A stretch of 63,852 bases of DNA from NCBI GenBank assembly GCA_910592345.1, contig CAJVPI010000058.1:1-63852 (forward strand), written 5' to 3'. The DNA comes from Paraglomus brasilianum (taxonomy: Eukaryota). The notes beneath the pieces were generated by a model. That model worked only from the letters and a program-made list of their open reading frames with translations, searched no databases and was not told the DNA's origin. Position 1 is the stretch's first letter, and each line of letters starts with the position of its first letter. A program made the position numbers and the translations under genes. Positions 53,501 through 63,852 of the stretch are shown here, one piece after another.

Positions 53501-56500
53501 TCATACATCGATATATCTCAGGACTCAAAGCACACGAATGGTCCAAGATCATCTCCTTTTTAAATAAATACTATGAAGTGGAAGTACTATTCTCGGCAAC
53601 CAGCAAAAGAGAAGAAGAAGTAATATTGCTATTGCGTGACCAATTCAAAGATAATCTCAAACAAGTAGTTGAGATAGTATTATCTCATTCGAAAATAGCC
53701 GCAAAGAATAATCTAATAATGGGATTATTGGAGGAAATTAAACCGGCAAGCGTTGGGCAGTCATTCGAAAAACTTTTTATTCCCATGTTGAAGAAGTTGA
53801 CCGAACTTGACAATAGACTAACATCGAAAGTAGCATTGAAAGCACGAGAAATATTGATTCATTGTCACTTGCCATCGTATGAAGAGCGAATGTCACAAAT
53901 GGAACAAATACTCAGAGCAGCTGTGATAGAAAGTCATTACGGTGACAATGGATACGACTATCGTACTCCCAGTTATGACTCACTGAAAGAACTGATCGAT
54001 ACAAAATTTGCTGTATTCGATGTGCTTCCCAACTTTTTCTATCACCAAGATGACTGGCTGCGTTTGGCCGCTCTGGAAGTGTACGTGCGTCGAGCATATC
54101 GAGCGTACCAATTATTAGGAGTCGAATATTATACCAATCAAACACCATTTTTTGTCTCGTGGCTCTTCATGCTTCATCAAACTGCGGTTAGTCCAAGCAC
54201 ACCCCTACCTGGTCAAACGCATGGAATAAGAAGGGTAGCTTCAGTATCCGATATGAGTTTTATGGTCCCTCAGACAGAGATGGAGCCCTCTCGCATGGGA
54301 GCTATGATGTCTTGTAGATCAAGTGATGAGATTGAAGCCAATCTTCCTCGTATTCTTTCAGTGTTTCCCAATCATGAACAAGAGAAGAAAAATGTTGCCG
54401 AGAAAGAAGATATTGCAAACGTATTGAATATAGCACTTAAACTTGAGGATGATCCAACTGACGATGAGGTGTTAAAAGACAAGTTGCAAACGCTCATACA
54501 GAAGCATACTGCTGTTCTACGTGAAAGCGGCATACGCCGTATATCGGTTGTCTTGTTCCGAAAAGGACAATATCCCGGATACTTTACTTTCCGAGAGGCA
54601 ATGGGTTTCGTAGAGGATCAAACTATTAGACATATTGAACCAGCAATGGCGTATCAATTAGAATTGGAGAGATTATCTAATTTCGATATCAAGCCCGTTT
54701 TCACTGCAAACAGACAAATTCACTGCTATTATGCAGTTGGAAAAGAAAACACGTCTGATTGTCGATTCTTTATACGCGCATTGGTGCGCCCTGGACGTAT
54801 ACGCAATACAGTTCGAACAGCCGATTATTTAATCTCCGAATCAGACAGACTACTAAACGACATCCTGGATTCTCTGGAAATTATAAGCTCACAATATAAA
54901 AACTCGGATTGTAATCACTTGTTTATCAATTTCATTCCTACATTCGTGCTAGAATACCAACAGGTTGAAGAAGCGCTTAATGGATTCATCGATCGACACG
55001 GAAAACGGCTATGGAGATTAAGAGTCACTGGAGGAGAGATTCGCTTCAAGGTTGACGATGTTAAAAAACGCACTAGCTATCCTCTACGTGTATTCATCAA
55101 CAATGTATCGGGGTATGTTTTACGAATAGAGTCGTATCAAGAAGTGAAGACTGATCGCGGTGGATGGATTCTAAAGTCCATTGGGAAGCAGGGTACAATG
55201 CATCTACAACCTATTCACACTAAATATCCGACAAAAGAATGGCTACAACCAAGGAGATATAAAGCCCATTTGATGGGAACCACCTATGTATACGATTTCC
55301 CTGAACTATTTAGACAAGCAGCTCGTGTGCAATGGAGTAAGGCTGCCCATTATAAATCAGATTTGAATGTTCCGAATATTATTCTAGAAGCCAAGGAACT
55401 TGCATTGGATGAAAGGGGTAGTTTGCAAGAGGTCCAGCGAGATCCAGGGACTAATTCTTGTGGAATGGTTGCTTGGATTTTTACTTTATATACTCCTGAA
55501 TACCCGAGAGGTCGGAAGATAGTTGTCGTTGCAAATGATATCACACATCATATAGGCTCGTTTGGTCCAGCTGAAGATAGATTTTTCTATAAAGCATCCC
55601 AATTAGCTAGAGAGCTCGGTCTTCCATTCGTATACTTGTCTGCCAATTCTGGTGCGCGGATTGGTCTAGCCGAAGAGATTATTAATCATTTTAACGTTGC
55701 TTGGATCGACAAGTCGAATCCTACAAAAGGATTGAATTATTTGTATTTGACACCGGATGTATACAATCAGTTGAATCAGAACGAGAAAAAGATTGTGATT
55801 GCCGAGGAGATTGTGGAAGACGAAGAACTACGATATAAGATTACAGATATCATTGGTGCGCGGGACGGACTAGGAGTGGAGTGTTTAAGAGGGTCTGGAT
55901 TAATTGCAGGCGCCACATCAAGAGCTTACAAGGACATATTTACTATTACTTTGGTTACATGTCGATCTGTTGGTAATTATCTTTAATATACTATATGTAT
56001 TTATGTAAATATTGTAGCTTCTCATTAAATGTTTATCTTTTTGAAATAGGTATTGGAGCATATCTTGTCCGCCTTGGTCAACGTACGATACAAAACGAGG
56101 GTCAACCAATCATTCTAACCGGGGCGCCTGCTCTCAACAAAGTGCTTGGTCGAGAAGTATATACATCTAACCTTCAATTAGGCGGTACCCAGATAATGTT
56201 CAAGAACGGTATCTCGCATTTAACTGCTCATAATGACCTTGAAGGTGTGACCAAGATAATCCAGTGGCTCGCATATATACCTGCATCGCGCGGGCTGCTC
56301 GTTCCAATATCCCCCAATTCCGATCATTGGGATAGAGACGTCGAGTATGAACCACCAAAGGGAGGATACGATCCCAGATGGTTTCTCGCCGGCAAATACG
56401 GGGTTGAGGAAGATCCTAATGGTTGGCAGAGTGGATTCTTTGATCGTGGATCATTTATGGAGACTCTTAGTGGATGGGCTCGCACAGTTGTTGTAGGAAG

Positions 56501-57659
56501 AGCAAGATTAGGAGGTATTCCAATGGGCGTCATTGCTGTCGAGACACGTATGGTAGAGCATGTTGTTCCCGCGGATCCTGCCAATACCGATTCACATGAG
56601 GAATTGTTGGTAGAAGCCGGTCAAGTATGGTATCCTAACTCGGCATACAAGACTGCTCAGGCTATAAATGACTTTAATAATGGGGAACACTTGCCGCTGA
56701 TGATATTCGCTAATTGGCGAGGATTTTCTGGAGGCCAACGTGACATGTATAACGAAGTACTCAAGTATGGATCATATATCGTTGACGCACTTGTCAGCTA
56801 CAAGCAACCAGTGTTTGTCTATATAATCCCAAACGGTGAACTTCGTGGTGGAGCATGGGTTGTAGTTGATCCTAGTATCAATAAGAATGTAATGGAGATG
56901 TATGCTGATAATAAGGCAAGAGCAGGCGTACTTGAGCCCGAAGGCATAATAGAGATTAAATTCCGACAACCACAACTTTTGGCAACAATGGAACGGTTAG
57001 ATGATAAATATCGACAACTCAAGCAGGCTTTAAATGATTCTAATTTGACCGAAGCCGAGAGACAAGCGATTAAGGCACAGCTTGATGCGAGAAAAAATGA
57101 GCTGCTACCCGTATACACTCAGATTGCTTTTCAATTTGCCGATTTACATGATACGCCAGGTCGAATGAAGGCTAAAGGATGCATTCGTAAATCGCTCGAG
57201 TGGCGACAGTCACGTAGATTTTTCTACTGGAGAGTGAGAAGGCGTCTATATGAAGAACACATATTCAAGCTCATTCATGAAGCGAATTCGTCTCTGAGTC
57301 GAGATCGAATGAAAATAATGATAAAGACATGGTTTCATGATGATGTTGGATCAGAATTGGATTGGGAAGATTCAGATCAGAAGGTCTATGAGTGGCTAGA
57401 AAAGATAGTTGCAAGTGTAAATGGATCAAGTAGCAAGAAGCATAAACATAGACAAAGTACATCGTTGGATAAGAGTTCACTTTTGTTCCGGTTAGAGAAA
57501 ATTAGAAGCGACGCAATAAGTGACAAGATTGTTACTCTGTCCAAGGTATCTCAGAGCGCTGTGATAGAAGGTGTGGGTAGAATGTTTGAAGAAATGAGCA
57601 TTGAAGAGACGAAAGCTGCCTTAAAGAAGCTATCAGCTTACGTAAATTCAAAGGGATAA
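50558..57659 (+). CDS. ACC1: Acetyl-CoA carboxylase (BC-BCCP-CT), 4 exons: 50558-50576, 50711-51059, 51225-55972, 56050-57659
   Basis: [56 protein letters not shown], biotinyl [17 protein letters not shown] and [18 protein letters not shown] introns keep phase. Confidence 0.98.
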
Positions 57660-58473
57660 AAATATAATAGGTTTATCGTGTTCATAAACATCAACAGGAG
57701 CAGAGCGACTGAGGTGTAAAATGAGTATGTAATAACATTAGCACAACTAATTTTTACAATAATAAGAGCCATCATCAAACGCGAAACTATAATAAAAAAA
57801 GGACATTTTCTTTTTGATGGAAATGGATATCTTATACATGTTTGTCAGTTCCATATTTATTAAATGATGAGGTAAAATTGACGTGCCAATATTTTTCAGA
57901 GCCGCGTAAATAATTATGGATTATTCAGTAAACCTTAAAACAAGTTTATATTACAGACATTTTATACGGACAACTACCGTTTACGAAACAGATCGTTACA
58001 ATAAAATATTCTTGCAATCGTTAAAGTTTATTGAACGATAATTATGAAGCAAACAACTTATCGTTCAGCAATTGTAGCCTATCTTAAAATATCGCGACGA
58101 CATTTTGGTGAGCACTATCAAAGTATAATGGGAACATGATGACTCTCATATCCGTATCCTGAAAGATAGTAGTAGTCTTTGTCTAATGTCATAGAGGTTT
58201 GTAATTATTACAAGTCTCCCGCACCAGCGTAAATTTAACATGATCAGTTTCGACAAGTCGTTTTCTAATAAAAACCAGAGTCGAATAAAGAAAGATTTGG
58301 AACAGAGTTGTGCCAATTTTAACCAGTTTCCAAGTGCAAAGTGAATTTAATTATAGCAAGTCAATTAATTATTCGATAAAAATTTTGTACAAATTGTATC
58401 AACTTCTTCTTAATAAATATTATAACTATTCACTATTAATAATTACATTATATTAAAATACGGAATCAAATAT

Positions 58474-59038
58474 ATAGACAAATAGACAAAGGGCAGATAA
58501 ACAATCGCATGACTATTGCTTTCAAGCCAGCATGCCAAGCAGCAAACTCACCATTCATCTCTAACCAGCTTCAGGGGCAGATCCTTCACAAGCAGCTAAG
58601 TAATTACCGAATCAGTCCCTCAAACTCGATCCATCTCCACCAAATGTCCCGTTGGATCCGCTCACCGGCAAACTGTCTAGTGAAGAGAATATAGAGTTAG
58701 TTTATAACGTAAAGGAATGCGATACTTACCCTATACTTACCCAAAACCTTCTCCCCGTCATCTAAAGCTGCGAAAAAAGGAGATGTTTGACGAGTGTTCC
58801 GGGCATCCCCCGTGACCCACTCATCAGACCCGTGCCAGATCACTTCACCGCAGGCGAGCACTGGTGAAAATGGGGAGTAGGAGGGGCGTCGCCGGTAACT
58901 TCCCGCCTCCCGATCCAGATCCGCGCCCATCTGCCAGCAGAGACAAAGGAGAGCAGCCACCTAGTAAACCAGTTTAGAAAGCAATAGCTTGTGTTAGTTT
59001 AACATTACCATCCACCCCCCATTTGTCTATTTGTCTAT
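58474..59038. mobile_element. Small non-autonomous TIR element (~565 bp) with GC-rich interior
   Basis: Perfect 17-bp inverted termini atagacaaatagacaaa (58474-58490) and tttgtctatttgtctat (59022-59038). No transposase. Confidence 0.7.
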
Positions 59039-60774
59039 GTAAACGGAGGTGAAAGATTTCGGAATATCAGTGATTCGATACTTGTTGTAGAATTGAGATG
59101 TTTGTATCCAGCTGTAAAAGAGAAATTGTTGTGGATAAGTAAATATTGTACTTCGCCCTTTCTTGGCTATCCAACTTTTTTCTGTAACTTCATTCTCAAG
59201 AAAGCTCTTTTTTCTACTTACCCTCATATTATGTCATGGCTTTTGACATCGGGTGAGATTGGATCCAGTTGTCGCCGCATTTTTCGGTAGAAAGGTTCAA
59301 ACCGCTTTGTCAGTAGTTGGAAGGCATATGTATTAGGTTGCTTGGTTATTGAAGGAGAATTTTGGTTCTTAGTCCTCCAGTAATTATAATAGGATTAGCG
59401 TTGGCGAATATGCCGAGTAGACTTGGTGCGTTGATAAGGATAACACCAAAGCAAAAGCAGTTTGGGTATAGAGCGCGCTGTCAAAGTAATAGAAAGGGCG
59501 AGGCTGTGTGCCGGGAAACTTTTTGAAATCGAGGAAGTGACTTGTATGTAACTTCTAAGTAGTATGATAAATTTATAAGAATTAGTTGGGTTATTTTATG
59601 ACGCGATTATTTACTTTCCTTGAAGACGAGAAGACACTTATTTGTTGAAAAGACGTCGAATATCTGAAATTAATAAACTTACAACTTTCCCCAAACTCCT
59701 TAAATCTACTCGGTATGGTACACATTAATAATGAACGTTAATGTGGAGGAGCAAAATGTTCGCTCTTGTGTGAATGAAGGTTTCGTCGATTATGTGGGCG
59801 ATAAACCGTCGTTGTTATTTGTTGTTTGAGGACAAGTTCGTGCGTTATAACAACTATTGTACGTGCGTTTAAATAACTTTGTATTTGTATTTTGGAGGAG
59901 AGATGATTGTGAAGCGATGCATATTGCAATGCAGAGTATAGCGTCTGGGGATATATCAGTTAGTGGTCGAATAAACCGTGTCGTCTTGTTCGTGAGCTGT
60001 AGCAAACTGTCGTATGTGCGTAATATGAAGCGACGGTAAATGTTTTACTTGTATATTTAACTTTTAAATGACGTTGTGTTCGCGTTTTGGGAGAGAGAAG
60101 TTGGTGTAAAGCGATATATGCCCAACGGGGAGAAGCATTTGGGTATATATATGTATGAGTAGACGCGTTAGATGACGATATGTTGGACAAAGGTACTGTC
60201 AACCAATAGAATATACACATCATAATTGTTTCCGGAAAAAAGAACAATAATAATTCGTGTAACGTTTCGGTAAAATTATTTTATCCGTTAAGTCAAGCAT
60301 ATAATTAATTAAACTAATCATTATGATCTATGTAATACAGCAATTAACAACGTGGTTTTGTATACAATTTTCTTTCTTTCTAATTATCAAAGTTTGCTGG
60401 TTTAAAAAAACTTTTGCTAAAATTATAAGTTACCGTATAGTAAATTTCTGCCTTCATCATTTGATCCAAAATCTAAACCCGATCTGTTGTTGATACGTTT
60501 TTATTTGCTGTATGTGCATATCTTTTTCCATAAGTAATTTCGCTACTAACCTTCAATTATCTTTTCTAGTAACTTTCGTGGAGATCATATGCGTCCGTTT
60601 TTATAATCCCGTTATGCATACTGCATAACGGATTGGTATGGCCTCGGCCTCGGCCACCCACAGTCTGCGTGCATTTATGGGGGAAAAAAAGATTGTCGAT
60701 ACCGCAGCAATTTCCATTATTTTTGGATGTACAAAAGTCATCAATCACTAAAAAAGTTTAGTTTTCGGACACAA

Positions 60775-60960
60775 AAAATAACGAACAGTGAATAGTGAAT
60801 AGTGAAATAACGAAATAGTGAAAAGTGAATAATGAATAATGAACTGGATAGTGAATGGCAAATAGTGAATAGTGAATAGCCGAGCGTTGTAGTAATAACA
60901 AACGGTGGATGGTAAATAGCGAATAGAAAATAGTGAATGGTAATGATAATAACGATAACC
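60775..60960. repeat. Degenerate 7-bp (aatagtg)n minisatellite
   Basis: Recurrent gtgaata/aatagtg units. The F/T/I/H-rich ORFs on the minus strand are artefacts of this repeat. Confidence 0.8.
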
Positions 60961-61780
60961 TGAAGGAGCACCTCATACTCGAAATGGAATATCACATGCT
61001 ATTCCCAAACTGATTATAGTGCCCTACCCATTTCAGCAGCTGATCTTCACTAAATCTTATAACATAAAGTACATTTCCATCACCATCATTTGCTGCATGA
61101 GCTTACCTTTTTTCACATAGTTTTGATATCATTCGCTCTTCATGCTCTTCATTTCCTAAAACAATTTCCGATTAATCAACAAATAGTTTATATCATAATA
61201 CTTGATACTTGATACTTGATACTTTACCCACCCACCACCCGAATTGTCATTATATTTAGTAATAGTAATGGTCTAATAATCCTTACCAGCGTTGTAGTTG
61301 TGTGTCACTCGTCGGTAAATAAAAATTTCCAATGTCTTTGTTGCACAGTCCTATTATTATGTCACTTCCCACTTTACATTCCCATATATAATTATAAAAA
61401 GTATAAATAACAACATATCAACCGCTTTTTTGCCACACACTTCTATAATAAAAAGTTTTTTATTTCTTCTTCGCATCCTACTTATTAGTTTGAAAAAATG
61501 TCTCTTCAAGCAACTGAAATGATCTACAATGTTACTAATTCGTGGTTGGTCTATTAATGACTCTTTATCTTTTACTCCACTATCCGAAATACCACTTCCC
61601 CAAACTTATAATCCTTCAAATACCACATACTGGCGTCCTTCCGATAAACTGCAAAAAGTTTTACGCCTACTTTATGAAGAAGACTAAGCTCAGTTTCCTG
61701 CATTCCTTGTTCTTATTGCTCATCCGCAATCTGCAAAATGGGTAGTCAGAAATAATGCCATTACTTATCCTTTGCAAATA

Positions 61781-63736
61781 CATAGTCAACCTCGATAAAA
61801 TAAGATAAAATCACTCTAAGATAAAGAATTTTCCCGCCCCAAATTTTTTATATTAAAAATACCTCCATAATATAAATTTTATTATAAAACCTCGATAAAA
61901 CTGTAAGATAAAGAGAATTCTCTCACGCTTATAATCCATAAGTCGAATACCTCGATTAGTTAAAGATTTACCACTTTAAATTAAATAATTTGCCATTTAA
62001 AGAATAGGTGTTACCAAACAATCTTAATTCTTGATTCGAAACCATGAATATCACTGCTGGTCCTTCTATTGAACGCAAGAATATATCTAATTCATTATCT
62101 GGTGGTAATTAATTACGAGAAAGACTTTAACGGGACTACAAAAAAAGAACCTCCATGAAATGTTCAATACGCGCTTATATCAAAAATCAAGAACGTGCGG
62201 AAAAATTTTCAATTAGTCCTGCTACAGTAACTTTAATTGTCAACGAAAAAGACAAATGATTATCATTGGATGCGACCTCCCCAAAAGCAAAAATTAAGCG
62301 AAATAAACTACCTAAATTTCCAATTCTAGAAAAAGCTCTGGTGATATGGTTGGAAAATGCAGTAAACAACAATCAGTCTGTGTCTGGCCACATCATACTT
62401 GAAAAGGCCCGTGAGTTTGCTACACGTCTCGGCGTTCACAATTTTAATGGCTCAAACGGATGGCTGAAAAATTCAAGAATCGAAATCATATTAAAGAATA
62501 TTGCCGCATAGGAGAGGCAAACAGCGCACCATTGGAAGGCCTAGAGAATTACCGCCAGAAACTAAGAGAAATCACTTCTGCTTACGAATTGTGCAACATT
62601 TTTAACGCTGATGAAACTGCACTATTTTGGCGAATGGAGCCAGCACGAACCTTATCAACTCGGCCTGTATGCACGAAAAAGTCTAAAGAACGTATCACGA
62701 CTTGTAATGCAACGGGTGAGGTAAAATTCCCGCCTCTCTTTATTCACAAGTTTGACCCAATCAAAAATATCAATAAATCAAGTTTACCAGTTTGGTAATA
62801 CTGGAATAAAAAAGCGTGGATGCAAGGCTCCATCTTTAACCATTATCTTAATAGAATAAATTCTCTCATGCAACGACAGAAACGAAATATTCTTCTGCTC
62901 ATCGATAATGCTGCTTGTCACTCACTCTACGAAGATACCAATTTGTCTAACATCACAGTACATTATCTTCCCCCTAATACTGCGGCTCACTTGCAACCAT
63001 GCGATACCGGAATTATTTATAGTTTAAGGTAAATTTTTACTATTTTCGAAATTACAAATCAAGTTTTATCTATAAACTTACTCTAACTCATTATATCAGA
63101 CTCATTATCACAAACTATTCTGTCAATCTCGAATAGCCGCCTACGACGAAGCAAGCATCCACAAATCTTCCCACGCCGAAGTCATTTACTATCAAAGATG
63201 CTATCGATTGGGTAGCTCAAGCTTGGCATAACGTATCAACTTCCACCATCCAAAATTGCTGGGACAAGACTGGAATTTTGGTGCAAAATCCGAGAACTGA
63301 CATTGTCAACGAATTTATTGATTTCCCTGATGATAGCGAAACGGACTTGCAATCTCTCTTAAATCAGTTATCTACGGAGTATGTGACAGTACAAGAATAT
63401 GTAATGTAAATCTCGAAAATTCGGTTCAGTTTAATGATACACTAACAGTAGGGGACATTGTTCAAACGATTCAAGAGCCATCTGAAGATGAGTTGTCCGA
63501 AGATCAAGAACAACCTAATATCTCTCCTTCAGAAGTTCATTGTGCGTTAGACAAACTTGTACTTTATCTTGATCAGAATCAGGAAAATTATTGCGTAATT
63601 TACGTTGGAGTATTGATCGTCAAGTAATTGAAACACGCAAGCAGTCCAGTATATCCCAATATTTCCACCGACGCCGCAGTATGCCATATAATCCTCGATA
63701 AAATAAAACCTCTATAGCTTATCGAGTTTGACTATG
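61781..63736 (+). mobile_element. Full-length but defective Tigger/pogo DNA transposon (CENP-B HTH + DDE_1 transposase, DD32D)
   Basis: TIRs catagtcaacctcgataa and ttatcgagtttgactatg (17/18 match), flanked by TA. HTH segment FPILEKALVIW...ILEKAREFA...SNGWL. Catalytic NADETALFW, LLIDNAACH and LQPCD, with 32 residues between the last two Asp. Frameshifts and stops present. Internal cctcgat repeats. Confidence 0.95.
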
Positions 63737-63852
63737 TATACTAATACCGATTGGCTTAGTTTTTCGAAGACGCGAAATCAATTTTCGTTGTTAATCATCA
63801 CGATCAGAATCGATATGAAAGTTCAAAAAGCAGATCTTAATAAAGCTGCCAT

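Noticed and set aside
50917..57480. Multiple minus-strand ORFs within ACC1
   Set aside because: Antisense shadows of a long coding sequence with no independent motifs.

Overview
Eukaryotic, intron-rich, AT-rich fungal DNA. Gene families and repeat remnants point to Mucoromycota, probably Glomeromycotina-like; this is inference, not a database result. The left 23 kb holds two tandem paralogous giant genes of about 30 introns and roughly 2,000+ aa each (copy 1 is 5'-truncated by the window). Both have a variable N-terminal region, a beta-rich region with a short phage-tail-like module, a VLIG/GVIN-type P-loop GTPase, a long Cys/His zinc-finger array and a C-terminal VWA domain with an intact MIDAS. 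The copies are near-identical, introns included, across the GTPase core but diverge and differ by in-frame indels elsewhere. This pair is the best candidate for an uncharacterised, possibly cell-autonomous defence, system. Next come a peroxisomal acyl-CoA oxidase ending in SKL and a decayed accessory block (~28-34 kb). That block has Crinkler-type REase and P-loop NTPase pseudogenes and a 5.1-kb segment bracketed by ~105-bp inverted repeats carrying small ORF remnants and repeat arrays. The right half holds a small 4-exon single-TM gene, a BAR-SH3-zinc-knuckle gene, a 3-RRM nucleolin/Nsr1-like gene, acetyl-CoA carboxylase (ACC1), two small TIR elements and a defective Tigger/pogo DD32D transposon. 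Exon boundaries were read by eye and are approximate unless stated.
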